60,568 bases of DNA from Pyrinomonadaceae bacterium (GTDB lineage: Bacteria; Acidobacteriota; Blastocatellia; Pyrinomonadales; Pyrinomonadaceae): positions 1-60,568 of the forward strand of contig JBPCIQ010000004.1 of NCBI GenBank assembly GCA_051006135.1, read 5' to 3'. The notes beneath the pieces are model-generated. The model was not told where the DNA came from. It ran no database searches and worked only from the letters and a program-made list of their open reading frames with translations. This document shows positions 8,042 through 18,076 of the stretch, one piece after another. The stretch's first letter is position 1; every line of letters begins with the position of its first letter. A program made the translations under genes and the position numbers.

Positions 8042-10087
8042 ATGAGCGCACCCCACCGGAAGCAGTCGGACACTACACCCGAGCTTGACCAACTTTGTAT
8101 CAACACAATTCGAACGCTGTCGCTCGATGCAGTGCAAAAAGCCGAATCAGGGCATCCGGGTTTGCCGCTCGGTGCGGCCCCCATGGCTTATGTGCTCTGG
8201 TCAAGATTTCTGCGCCACAACCCTAGAAATCCTGGCTGGGAAAACCGCGATCGTTTTCTACTATCGGCCGGCCATGGCTCGATGCTGCTCTATTCGCTGC
8301 TCTATCTCACCGGCTACGATCTCTCGCTCGATGAAATAAAGAACTTTCGCCAGTGGGGCTCAAAAACTCCGGGTCATCCCGAGAACGTGCTGACGCCCGG
8401 CGTGGAAATTACCACGGGCCCGCTGGGCCAGGGTTTTGCGAATGGCGTCGGCATGGCCATGGGGGCAGCACACCTTGCCACCAGGTTCAACCAGGAAGAA
8501 TTTCCTCTTATCGATCACTATATCTACGCAATAGTTTCAGACGGCGACTTGATGGAAGGTGTGGCTTCAGAAGCCGCTTCGCTCGCGGGGCATCTTAGGC
8601 TTGGCAAACTGATCTATCTTTACGATGACAACAAAGTAACCATCGAGGGCTTTACTAATCTCGCCTTCAGCGAAAGCGTTTCCAGCCGATTCGAGTCCTA
8701 TGGCTGGCACACGTCCACGGTTGAGGACGGCAACGATCTTGATGGGATTGAAGTAGCGATTCGTGACGCTCAATCAGTAACCACCAGGCCCTCGCTTATT
8801 TCGGTTAAAACAATCATCGGTTACGGCATGCCAACGGCCGGCACGCGCAAAGCTCATAGCGATGCTCCGGGCGAATCGGCGGTACGCGAAACAAAGCGGC
8901 ATCTTGGCTGGCCGGAAGACAAACAGTTTTACGTTCCTGATCAGGCGCTCGAGCAATTTCGCCAGGCAATCGAACGCGGCGCGAGACAGGAGCAAGAGTG
9001 GAACGCCCTTGTCGAGGCGCATGCACAGAAGCATGGTGAGCTTGGCAAAACCTGGGGCGCAACAATGAAAGGCGAGTTACCCGCGGATTGGGAGCAGCGC
9101 TTGCCCAGTTTTGCAGATGCCAAACCTATGGCCACGCGGGCAGCCAGCGGAGAAGTTATCAATGCCCTGGCGCCGCATCTGCCAATGCTAATAGGTGGTT
9201 CGGCTGATCTCGGAGTGTCCAATAATACCGACATCAAGGGCGGGGATGACTTCGAAGCAGAAACATACGAGGGACGAATTCTTCACTTCGGCGTGCGGGA
9301 GCATGCAATGGGCTCCACGCTTACCGGGATGTCGCTGAACGGCGGCCTGATTCCTTTCGGCGGTACTTTCCTCACGTTCTCGGATTACATGCGACCGGCC
9401 ATACGCCTGGCAGCACTTTCGGAAGTGCAGGTTATTTATGTGTTCACACACGATTCAATCGGTCTCGGTGAAGACGGGCCGACACACCAGCCAATCGAAC
9501 ATCTGGCAGCACTCCGTGCCATTCCTCACCTACTTGTGATTCGTCCCGCCGATTCCCATGAAGTTCGTGAGGCATGGCGAATCGCAATCCTGCGCCGCCA
9601 TGGGCCTACGGCGTTTGCGCTTACTCGTCAAAAGGTTCCTCTGATTGACCGCAACCGTTACGCATCTGCGGAAGGGCTCCGACGCGGAGGCTACATTCTC
9701 GCTGAAGCTGAAGCGGCCGACGGGGATAGTCCCAGGGTTACTCCGAAGCTAATCCTCATCGCCACTGGCTCCGAAGTATCGCTTGCGCTCGAAGCACGCG
9801 AGACCTTGCAGAAAGAGGGCACTCCGACTCGTGTCGTTTCGATGCCCTGCTGGGAGCTCTTCGAAGAGCAGACGAAGGACTATCGCGATGAAATTCTCCC
9901 ACCTTCAGTTAACGCCCGGCTTGCTGTTGAAGCAGGCGTCCGCCAGGGTTGGGATCGTTATGTTGGTCTGGGGGGCGACGTGATTTGCCTTGATCGCTTC
10001 GGCGCCTCGGCGCCGGGCGATGTTGCCCTGCGCGAGCTTGGGTTCAATGTTGAAAACGTCCTGAAGCACGCGCGTGCCTTGCTTTAG
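8042..10087 (+). CDS. tkt: Transketolase
   Basis: 681 aa. SGHPG, GPLGQG and DGDLMEG ThDP motifs, with a full-length match to the family. Confidence 0.95.
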   Translation: MSAPHRKQSDTTPELDQLCINTIRTLSLDAVQKAESGHPGLPLGAAPMAYVLWSRFLRHNPRNPGWENRDRFLLSAGHGSMLLYSLLYLTGYDLSLDEIKNFRQWGSKTPGHPENVLTPGVEITTGPLGQGFANGVGMAMGAAHLATRFNQEEFPLIDHYIYAIVSDGDLMEGVASEAASLAGHLRLGKLIYLYDDNKVTIEGFTNLAFSESVSSRFESYGWHTSTVEDGNDLDGIEVAIRDAQSVTTRPSLISVKTIIGYGMPTAGTRKAHSDAPGESAVRETKRHLGWPEDKQFYVPDQALEQFRQAIERGARQEQEWNALVEAHAQKHGELGKTWGATMKGELPADWEQRLPSFADAKPMATRAASGEVINALAPHLPMLIGGSADLGVSNNTDIKGGDDFEAETYEGRILHFGVREHAMGSTLTGMSLNGGLIPFGGTFLTFSDYMRPAIRLAALSEVQVIYVFTHDSIGLGEDGPTHQPIEHLAALRAIPHLLVIRPADSHEVREAWRIAILRRHGPTAFALTRQKVPLIDRNRYASAEGLRRGGYILAEAEAADGDSPRVTPKLILIATGSEVSLALEARETLQKEGTPTRVVSMPCWELFEEQTKDYRDEILPPSVNARLAVEAGVRQGWDRYVGLGGDVICLDRFGASAPGDVALRELGFNVENVLKHARALL

Positions 10088-10171
10088 CGGTCAACGTACC
10101 GGACCGACTCCCGAATGAATGTATTTGGATGCGATTGGAGATTAAACTAATTCAGATCATCATCTTGGGGT

Positions 10172-10415
10172 ATGGCCATGTCCAGCGAATTAGAAGAACT
10201 CAAAAACGACCTCTTAGCACTTCCGGTTGAGTCTCGGGCGTCGTTGGCGCACGCACTGATCGAGAGTCTAGATGAGGGATCCGACGAAAACACAGAGGAG
10301 ATCTGGCGCACGGAAATCAGGCGCAGGTACCGAGATCAGAAGTAGACGATCCGTGCTAAAGTCGGCCGAACCAGTGCTACGTGAAGCTCGCGATCGACTG
10401 CGATGCATGAAATAG
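10172..10415 (+). pseudogene. Putative addiction-module antitoxin (Unstab_antitox-like), frameshifted, with no adjacent toxin gene
   Basis: Frame 1 (10172-10345) reads MAMSSELEELKNDLLALPVESRASLAHALIESLDEGSDENTEEIWRTEIRRRYRDQK*. The +1 frame continues EIRSRRSVLKSAEPVLREARDRLRCMK* to 10415, which is the expected C-terminus of this family. Confidence 0.5.
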
Positions 10416-10498
10416 CAATTCACCGGTGTGGTATTTCTTCAACAAACTGGTTTCAGCAAGCGCAACACCTATCTCGATCGATTTAGGAGGCGACCCCC

Positions 10499-12280
10499 TT
10501 GCTTCAAGGACTCTTTCGCACAAAAAATCTCGACGATATTCTGGCGTCCATAGCTGGGCCACAATTCTCTCTGAAGCGCACACTTGGCGCGTTCAATGTA
10601 ACGCTGATCGGCATTGGCGCCATCATCGGCGCCGGCATCTTCGCCACAGTCGGCTCCGCGGCGGCCGGCGACGCGCTGGCTGGACGGCCAGGCGCCGGAC
10701 CCTCTCTAATGCTCTCTTTTGTTATCACGGCGGTGGTCTGCGGATTTACCGCGCTGTGTTACGCCGAACTTGCTTCGATGGTTCCAATCTCAGGGTCAGC
10801 CTATACCTATTCTTATGCCACGATGGGTGAACTGATCGCCTGGATTATTGGGTGGGACCTGATCATTGAATATGCCATTGGCAACGTTGCGGTGGCAATT
10901 AGTTGGGCAGAGTATTTTCACAAACTCCTACTCAACCTCGGCATACCCTTTCCTCATTGGTTGGCGGCGGACTATCGCTCCGCAATGATCCTGGCCCAAG
11001 AGGACCCGGCCGAGTATGCGCAGCTTTTCGGCTCGGCGCCTGAGCTATTCGGGATTCCCCTGATCGTCAACTTTCTTGCTTTCGGTATTGTCGCGCTAAT
11101 TACAGTTGTGCTGGTTTGGGGTATCCGGGAGTCAGCCAACTTCAACGCCGGCATGGTTGCCGTTAAGATTCTAGTACTGCTGTTCTTTGTCGGCACCGCT
11201 CTCTATTTCGTTCCACCTTCGCAGATGGCCGCGAACTGGCGACCCTTTCAACCACAGGGGTGGGGCGGCACATTCGCCGGCGCCGCGCTGGTGTTCTTTG
11301 CCTACATCGGGTTCGACGCAGTCTCCACCGTTGCTGAGGAGACTAAAAACCCGGCCCGCGATCTTCCCATTGGTATCATCGGATCATTGATCGTTTGCAC
11401 GATCTTTTACATCGTTGTGGCGGCTGTCTTCACCGGTCTTGTTCCCTTCACCGAATTGCAGAAGGTTTCCTCTTCAGGCCAGGCCGAGGCTCTAACAATG
11501 GCCCTCGATTACGTAGCGCCTGCCGGTGTAACACTGCCACAGACGATTGTCGCTTTTGGCTCAGTGGTGGCGCATACAGCAGTACTGCTCGTTTTCCAGT
11601 TGGGCCAACCGCGCATATTCATGTCGATGGCTCGTGACGGCCTGCTACCATCTGTTTTCGCCAGCATTCACCCGCGCTTTAAGACACCGCACGTGACAAC
11701 GATTCTTACCGGCATTTTTGTTGGCGGCATTGCGGCGTTTGCAAACATCGAGTCGATGCTGAATCTCACCAACATCGGGACCCTGTTTGCCTTCATGCTT
11801 GTTTGTATCGGCATCCCCATTCTTCGTTACAAAGATCCCGATCGTAAACGGCCATTTCGCGTTCCCCTTGGCGCCTGGCTGCTGCCGATGCTTGGCGCCA
11901 CCTCCTGCGTATTCCTGATGTATTACCTGTCAGCCGATACCTGGTGGCGCTTCATCGGTTGGTTGGTGCTGGGCCTTTCCATCTACCTGGCCTACGGCTA
12001 CACCCGCAGCGCCATCGGAATTAAATTAGGACGTCCAAGTCGCACCCCCGTACCACTCAAGCTTGCAGCGCTTGGCTTTTTCGCTTTGGCCGTGGGTCTC
12101 TTTACCGTGCCCCACGACATCGGCCTGCGAGGCGTCGCCGACGCGGCATTCACAGCAAGTGATCCGCAACACGTTCGTGCCCTTGTGGGAGTGCTGCTGA
12201 TCCTGGGTGGCTTCGCCCTGGGGGTAATCGGATCTGTAATGGTAGCAACAACGTCGCAAACGACTAACAATGCAGAATGA
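10499..12280 (+). CDS. APC-superfamily amino acid permease (cationic amino acid transporter-like) with a C-terminal extension
   Basis: TLIGIGAIIGAGIF signature and about 14 TM segments. TTG start preceded by TAGGAGG. Confidence 0.85.
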   Translation: MLQGLFRTKNLDDILASIAGPQFSLKRTLGAFNVTLIGIGAIIGAGIFATVGSAAAGDALAGRPGAGPSLMLSFVITAVVCGFTALCYAELASMVPISGSAYTYSYATMGELIAWIIGWDLIIEYAIGNVAVAISWAEYFHKLLLNLGIPFPHWLAADYRSAMILAQEDPAEYAQLFGSAPELFGIPLIVNFLAFGIVALITVVLVWGIRESANFNAGMVAVKILVLLFFVGTALYFVPPSQMAANWRPFQPQGWGGTFAGAALVFFAYIGFDAVSTVAEETKNPARDLPIGIIGSLIVCTIFYIVVAAVFTGLVPFTELQKVSSSGQAEALTMALDYVAPAGVTLPQTIVAFGSVVAHTAVLLVFQLGQPRIFMSMARDGLLPSVFASIHPRFKTPHVTTILTGIFVGGIAAFANIESMLNLTNIGTLFAFMLVCIGIPILRYKDPDRKRPFRVPLGAWLLPMLGATSCVFLMYYLSADTWWRFIGWLVLGLSIYLAYGYTRSAIGIKLGRPSRTPVPLKLAALGFFALAVGLFTVPHDIGLRGVADAAFTASDPQHVRALVGVLLILGGFALGVIGSVMVATTSQTTNNAE

Positions 12281-12286
12281 AAACAC

Positions 12287-12366
12287 TTTGAGATCTTAAA
12301 TATCTCAAATCTCAAATTTCAGATCTCAGACTCCAATCTCAGATCTCAAATTTCAGATCTCAAAGT
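12287..12366. repeat. Tandem heptamer array (unit ATCTCAA/ATCTCAG, 9 units) with a short inverted leader
   Basis: ATCTCAA ATCTCAA ATTTCAG ATCTCAG ACTCCAA TCTCAG ATCTCAA ATTTCAG ATCTCAA (12302-12363). TTTGAGAT (12287-12294) is complementary to ATCTCAAA (12302-12309). A 20-nt block CTCAAATTTCAGATCTCA occurs twice. Starts 7 nt after the stop at 12280. Confidence 0.8.
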
Positions 12367-12513
12367 GATGGTTTGTGAAGATTGTGGATCGATTTTTTGT
12401 TTCGTTCAAAGGGTTGGCCTCAAAAAGACACTGCGAAGCTGTTTCGCAAGAGCAGCGGAGGGGCGATAGAGAATTGAGGCCAAATCACGATCCGGCTAGG
12501 GAGGCATTTTAGC

Positions 12514-14226
12514 GTGACCTTGACCATTCTGGCGCTTGGATTTCTGGTCCTGCTAGTCGCCGCGTATCGTCTATACGGGGGATGGCTAGCGCGACAATTT
12601 CAGCTTGATGACGCCCGTCCAACTCCCGCCCATCGGGTGAATGACGGCGTTGACTTCGTTCCCACCAAACCGTTTTATCTTTTTGGACAACACTTCTCGG
12701 CGATTGCTGCCGCCGGACCGATCGCCGGGCCCATCCTCGCTTGCCAGGCGTTCGGTTGGCTACCCTGTCTGCTATGGATTGGTTTAGGCGTAGTGCTGAT
12801 AGGCGCTGTGCACGATTTTGCGAGCCTCGCAGCGTCAGTACGTCACGGTGCAACTTCCATTGCTGAGATCACGCGCGAACATCTCGGCGACCGCGCAGGC
12901 CGAGCAATGATGGGTTTCATCTGGATTGCGCTGCTTTACGTGATCGTCGCTTTCGCGGACATTACCGCGGGGACTTTCACGGGCGGCTCAGAAGAATTGC
13001 GGGCCGCCGCGATCAATTTCAATCCCGGTGGAGCAGTTGCTTCGGCCAGCGTAATGTACCTCGCGCTTTCGCTCCTGCTGGGTCTCGTGCAACGCTACCT
13101 ACATCCGCCGCTTTGGCTCGTCACGGCCATTTTTGTTCCTGCAGCCTTCGCCTTATCCTGGGTCGGAACAATGACTTCAAACTGGTTCGTCCTGGATCAC
13201 AAGATGTGGGGAGTCTTAATTATCCTCTATTGCGGCGTTGCCTCGATGGTTCCTGTTTGGGCATTGCTCCAGCCCCGTGGATATCTGGGAGGATTCATTC
13301 TCTACTCAGCGCTGGCCCTCGGTATCATTGGCGTTCTCTTCGGCGGTTATGAAATCCGACAACCTGCTTTCCGGGGCTTCGATATCGGCGGGATGACGGG
13401 GACGCTCTTTCCCTTCCTGTTTGTGACGATTGCTTGCGGTGCATGTTCTGGCTTTCATGGACTTGTCTGCTCCGGCACAACTTCCAAGCAGGTTGATCGC
13501 GAGTCGCACGTCCGGCTCGTAGGCTACGGCGCCATGCTGGCTGAAGGCTTTGTGGCGATAATCGCCCTCGTAACCATCATGATCGTGGGACAAGAGACCT
13601 TAAGGGGAAAGGCGCCGGGAACTATCTATGGCAATGGCATCGGACATTTTCTCACCCTCATTATCGGCCAGGACAAACTGGCCTTCGCCATCACCTTCGG
13701 GGCTATGGCTTTCTCCACGTTTGTGTTTGATACGCTTGACGTCTGCACGCGTTTGGGTCGTTACATTGTGCAGGAGGTTTTCGGCTGGAAGGGTCGCGTG
13801 GGCGCGCTGGTGGGAACTTTACTTACTGTCGCGCTGCCTTTTTACTTTATCGTTTACGCCCCGCCCAACTCATGGTCGAAATTCTGGACGCTGTTTGGAG
13901 CTTCAAACCAGTTGTTGGCCGGGCTCACACTTCTTTCCATAACAGTCTGGCTCTACCAGGCGCGGCGGCGGATTGCTTTCACGCTCCTGCCTATGATCTT
14001 CGTGCTCGTGATCACCCTCTGGGCGCTTGTTTCTCTTGTTGTGGGAAACCTGCGGGTTACGAAAATCGGGTCGGGGCAATTGGACATCGAGTTAATCAAC
14101 GCCATTGCGGCGGCGGCGCTGGTCGTGCTCGCTCTCTACCTGGCTATTGCTGCGCTCATTAAGATTCGCGGCGATCGCCAAACAGGGACGTTGCTGCCAG
14201 TTCACTCCGCGACCAGTTTGGAATGA
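12514..14226 (+). CDS. cstA: Carbon starvation protein A family transporter
   Basis: 570-aa polytopic protein with CstA-like N-terminal region (FGQHFSAIAAAGPIAGPILA). GTG start after GGGAGG. Confidence 0.85.
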   Translation: MTLTILALGFLVLLVAAYRLYGGWLARQFQLDDARPTPAHRVNDGVDFVPTKPFYLFGQHFSAIAAAGPIAGPILACQAFGWLPCLLWIGLGVVLIGAVHDFASLAASVRHGATSIAEITREHLGDRAGRAMMGFIWIALLYVIVAFADITAGTFTGGSEELRAAAINFNPGGAVASASVMYLALSLLLGLVQRYLHPPLWLVTAIFVPAAFALSWVGTMTSNWFVLDHKMWGVLIILYCGVASMVPVWALLQPRGYLGGFILYSALALGIIGVLFGGYEIRQPAFRGFDIGGMTGTLFPFLFVTIACGACSGFHGLVCSGTTSKQVDRESHVRLVGYGAMLAEGFVAIIALVTIMIVGQETLRGKAPGTIYGNGIGHFLTLIIGQDKLAFAITFGAMAFSTFVFDTLDVCTRLGRYIVQEVFGWKGRVGALVGTLLTVALPFYFIVYAPPNSWSKFWTLFGASNQLLAGLTLLSITVWLYQARRRIAFTLLPMIFVLVITLWALVSLVVGNLRVTKIGSGQLDIELINAIAAAALVVLALYLAIAALIKIRGDRQTGTLLPVHSATSLE

Positions 14227-14504
14227 TTTTCAAACTGCACCACTAGCCCCCTTCTTCTGGATTGGACAGCCCGGCGGTAAATCGGCAATAATACCCGGTT
14301 TCATAGAGCGGCTAATTGGCGTTGGGGACCTTCCGAACGCGCCCTGTTACGCGTGATTTGTCTTAAGCTTCGTCAGAAAGTCGGCTGAGGCAATTTCTCG
14401 CCCCCCATTAAACATTTGGAAAGGAATCAAGTAATCGAGGATTTTGCTGATCTCTAAATCAGCTTGCTGTCAGTTTGCTTGACAGCGTTACTCATCAGCA
14501 CGTC

Positions 14505-17033
14505 ATGAATCACAACATTATCACTCAACGCACGTCATCAATCGGCCTACGAGTCGGCCGCCCGCTATTAACCCTGGTCGCTATGCTCGTTGGGGTCGCG
14601 GGTTACGCGTCACCTGCCTTTGCACAGTCGCATGGTGGAGGCGAAGCCAATTTAATCCTGCCTGACCTCTCCGATGTCACTTTTTTTGGCGGGATTGACG
14701 GCCATAACCTGCTGCTCGCCGGCATCGTCGTTTGTATGTTGGGCCTGCTTTTTGGTCTGGCCATGTATATGAACTTGAAGAAACTGCCCGTGCACCGCGC
14801 GATGCGCGAGATCTCGGAGCTTATCTATGAGACTTGCAAAACCTACCTGATTACGCAGGGCAAGTTCATCCTTCTGCTAGAAATCTTTATCGGCGCCGTC
14901 ATCGTCCTCTACTTCGGCGTGCTCTCAGGGATGGAGCCCTTTCGCGTCATCATTATTCTCTTATTCAGTCTGGTGGGCATCGCGGGCAGTTATGGCGTCG
15001 CCTGGTTTGGCATTCGCGTCAATACCTTTGCCAACTCGCGCACAGCATTCGCGAGCCTTGAAGGCCGACCTTTCCCGCTCTACGCGATTCCGCTTCGAGC
15101 GGGCATGAGTATCGGCATGATGCTGATCAGCGTGGAGTTGCTGATCATGCTCTGCATCCTGCTCTTTATTCCAGGCGACTATGCGGGCCCGTGCTTCATC
15201 GGTTTCGCAATTGGCGAATCACTGGGCGCAGCGGCACTGCGTATCGCCGGTGGCATTTTTACCAAGATTGCCGATATCGGCGCTGACCTGATGAAGATCG
15301 TCTGCAAGATTAAGGAAGACGACGCGCGCAACCCTGGCGTGATTGCGGACTGCACCGGTGATAACGCCGGCGATTCAGTAGGCCCGAGCGCCGACGGCTT
15401 CGAGACGTACGGAGTGACGGGCGTTGCCTTAATCACCTTCATTTTGCTGGGCGTACGCAGCCCCACAGTACAAGTTCAGCTACTCGTCTGGATCTTCGTC
15501 ATGCGCATCATGATGATCGTGGCGAGTGCGGCTTCCTATTTCATTAATGATGCGATCGCGAAGGCCCGCTTCAGCAAGCTTGAAAAGATGAACTTTGAGG
15601 CGCCTCTCACTTCCTTAGTGTGGATCACATCCATTATTTCGGTGGCGGTGACTTTCATCATTTCCTGGTTGACGATCCCGACTCTCGGCGGAGACGCGAG
15701 CTTGTGGTGGAAGCTCTCAATGATCATTTCCTGCGGCACACTTGCGGGTGCGATCATTCCTGAGCTAGTCAAGATCTTCACCTCAACGGAGTCGGCGCAC
15801 GTGCAGGAAGTGGTTACCTCGTCCAGAGAGGGCGGCCCTTCCCTCAACATCCTATCGGGTCTCGTGGCGGGCAACTTTTCCGCCTACTGGCTGGGGATCA
15901 GCATCGTGATCCTGATGTCGATTGCCTATTACTTCAGTACCATGGGACTTGATCCGTTAATGGTCGCGGCGCCGGTGTTCGCGTTTGGTCTGGTGGCCTT
16001 TGGGTTCCTGGGTATGGGTCCCGTGACAATCGCCGTCGACTCTTATGGGCCGGTCACTGACAATGCGCAATCGGTTTATGAGCTTTCGTTGATCGAACAA
16101 ATTCCTAATATTGAAGCCGAGGTAAAACGAGACTTCAACATGAACGTCAACTTTGCGCGCGCAAAGCACCTGCTCGAAGAAAACGACGGCGCGGGCAATA
16201 CTTTCAAAGCGACCGCGAAACCGGTGCTGATTGGAACGGCGGTGGTCGGGGCCACAACGATGATCTTTTCGATCATGATGACCCTGACGAACGGACTCAC
16301 TACGAACACGCAAAATTTGTCGCTGTTACATGCCCCGTTTGTTTTGGGCTTGATTACAGGAGGAGCGGTAATCTACTGGTTTACCGGGGCCTCAATTCAA
16401 GCAGTCACGACCGGAGCCTATCGTGCAGTGCAGTTCATCAAGGCAAACATCCGGCTGGAAGGTATTGAAAAAGCATCTGTGGAAGACAGCAAGAAGGTAG
16501 TCGAGATCTGTACCCAGTATGCACAGAAGGGTATGTTCAATATCTTTCTGACGGTCTTCTTCTCGACCTTGGCTTTTGCCTTCGTGGAGCCTTTCTTCTT
16601 CATCGGCTATCTGATTTCGATCGCAATCTTCGGTCTCTACCAGGCAATCTTCATGGCCAATGCCGGGGGCGCATGGGACAATGCAAAGAAGGTTGTCGAA
16701 GTTGACTTGAAGCAAAAAGGAACGGCGCTTCACGACGCAACGGTCGTGGGCGATACGGTCGGCGATCCCTACAAAGACACTTCTTCAGTGGCGATGAATC
16801 CAGTGATTAAGTTTACGACCCTGTTTGGCCTGCTGGCTGTTGAACTGGCGGTGTCAATTGCCGATCCCAGCGGGCGATTTGGTGAGAACGGACCTTTGAT
16901 TAGTCATATTCTCGCGGTGCTTTTCTTCATCGCTTCTCTGGTATTCATCTGGCGGTCTTTCTATGGCATGCGAATCGGTGCCTTGCAGGCTGCAGCTACC
17001 GAGGATCGTGCGGAGAGAATGGCCGCGGACTGA
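14505..17033 (+). CDS. hppA: Membrane-bound proton/sodium-translocating pyrophosphatase
   Basis: GDNAGD, DSYGPVTDNA, GNTFKAT and GDTVGDPYKD motifs. The Lys in GNTxKA suggests the K+-independent type. I prefer ATG 14505 over TTG 14475 because a hairpin GCTGTCA/TGACAGC (14467-14487) covers the earlier start. Confidence 0.9.
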   Translation: MNHNIITQRTSSIGLRVGRPLLTLVAMLVGVAGYASPAFAQSHGGGEANLILPDLSDVTFFGGIDGHNLLLAGIVVCMLGLLFGLAMYMNLKKLPVHRAMREISELIYETCKTYLITQGKFILLLEIFIGAVIVLYFGVLSGMEPFRVIIILLFSLVGIAGSYGVAWFGIRVNTFANSRTAFASLEGRPFPLYAIPLRAGMSIGMMLISVELLIMLCILLFIPGDYAGPCFIGFAIGESLGAAALRIAGGIFTKIADIGADLMKIVCKIKEDDARNPGVIADCTGDNAGDSVGPSADGFETYGVTGVALITFILLGVRSPTVQVQLLVWIFVMRIMMIVASAASYFINDAIAKARFSKLEKMNFEAPLTSLVWITSIISVAVTFIISWLTIPTLGGDASLWWKLSMIISCGTLAGAIIPELVKIFTSTESAHVQEVVTSSREGGPSLNILSGLVAGNFSAYWLGISIVILMSIAYYFSTMGLDPLMVAAPVFAFGLVAFGFLGMGPVTIAVDSYGPVTDNAQSVYELSLIEQIPNIEAEVKRDFNMNVNFARAKHLLEENDGAGNTFKATAKPVLIGTAVVGATTMIFSIMMTLTNGLTTNTQNLSLLHAPFVLGLITGGAVIYWFTGASIQAVTTGAYRAVQFIKANIRLEGIEKASVEDSKKVVEICTQYAQKGMFNIFLTVFFSTLAFAFVEPFFFIGYLISIAIFGLYQAIFMANAGGAWDNAKKVVEVDLKQKGTALHDATVVGDTVGDPYKDTSSVAMNPVIKFTTLFGLLAVELAVSIADPSGRFGENGPLISHILAVLFFIASLVFIWRSFYGMRIGALQAAATEDRAERMAAD

Positions 17034-17040
17034 TAGTAAG

Positions 17041-17146
17041 TTTCGAGTTCCGGGTTCCGAGTTCCGAGTTCATGATTGCTTGGGGGCTCCAGACCTTAAA
17101 ATATAGCCGGAAATCGAAACGAAAACTTGAAACTCGAAATTTGAAC
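17041..17146. repeat. Paired heptamer arrays (TTCCGAG units, then AAACTCG-type units), partly complementary
   Basis: Left array TTTCGAG TTCCGGG TTCCGAG TTCCGAG TTCATGA (17041-17075). Right array GGAAATC GAAACGA AAACTTG AAACTCG AAATTTG (17109-17143). TTTCGAGTT (17041-17049) pairs perfectly with AACTCGAAA (17131-17139). Fills the hppA-bioY spacer. Confidence 0.75.
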
Positions 17147-17148
17147 TT

Positions 17149-17745
17149 ATGTACTCTTCATACGCCAAACCCGACACGTTGTTAGCCACCGCGCTTGCGC
17201 CGCTGGATTGGACTCGATCTGTTGCGCTCGTCTTTGCCTTCAGTTTGCTCACAGCGCTCGCCGCCCAGATTGTAATACCTATCGGGCCGGTCCCGGTTAC
17301 CGGTCAAACATTCGCCGTGCTCTTAACCGGCGCCCTGCTGGGATCTCGGCTGGGAGGCATGGCGATGATTGTCTATTTAATGGAGGGCGCGATTGGTCTA
17401 CCATTTTTCTACGGGGGCTCGGGTGGCATTTCGCATATCCTCGGGCCGACGGGAGGTTATCTGGTAGCTTTTCCGGCCGCCGCTTTTATCACGGGGGCTT
17501 TCGCGGAGAACTTTTGGGATAAGCGCTTCTTCACCGCAGTTGCTGCTATGACGGTCGGCTCATTAGTCATCCTCCTCGCCGGGTGGGCCTGGTTTGCGAT
17601 ACTCACTCATACACCCCCACTCGTTAGCTTCCAAGTCAGTGTGGCTAAGCTTATTCCGGGCGACATCATCAAGATTCTACTAGCTGCGGCGGCACTACCT
17701 GCCGGGTGGAAAATCCTGCAAAAGAAAGCTTCCGAAAAACCTTAA
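17149..17745 (+). CDS. bioY: Biotin transporter BioY
   Basis: PVPVTGQTFAVLLTGALLG and GPTGGYLVAFP motifs. 198 aa. Confidence 0.85.
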   Translation: MYSSYAKPDTLLATALAPLDWTRSVALVFAFSLLTALAAQIVIPIGPVPVTGQTFAVLLTGALLGSRLGGMAMIVYLMEGAIGLPFFYGGSGGISHILGPTGGYLVAFPAAAFITGAFAENFWDKRFFTAVAAMTVGSLVILLAGWAWFAILTHTPPLVSFQVSVAKLIPGDIIKILLAAAALPAGWKILQKKASEKP

Positions 17746-17893
17746 TCCCAATCTCACCAACCTGAGATCTTTGAGCCGTTGACTGACCTCGACGGCTTTT
17801 TTCATTTCAAAAACTCATATTTTGCATTGACCGCTCTATGACACTTGTAGTAGAGCCACCCTCAGTTGTAGTAAATAACCGTTGGGAGTGGCA

Positions 17894-18060
17894 ATGAGTA
17901 AAAGCCCTGAAGTTAACGAAACTTGAAATGGAAATTATGGGCGCGGTCTGGGCGCTGGGCAGTGAGAACAGCTCGACCCAGGAACGAAAACACCACGGAG
18001 CGATAAGCGTCGTGGAGGAAGTGCGAAATGATGGCCGCGCACGCATGGAAGGTGCCACGA
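17894..18060 (+). pseudogene. BlaI/MecI/CopY-family repressor remnant
   Basis: MSKSP (frame 0), then LKLTKLEMEIMGAVWALG in the +1 frame, which is the typical BlaI N-terminus. The family sequence is lost after about 25 residues. Confidence 0.5.
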
Positions 18061-18076
18061 ATGGTTTGCCCTGCAG

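Noticed and set aside
18040-18056. Near-consensus sigma-54 promoter on the minus strand (TGGCAC-CTTCC-ATGCG)
   Set aside because: It lies inside the blaI-like remnant and points toward a region with no credible minus-strand gene, so it is probably a chance match.
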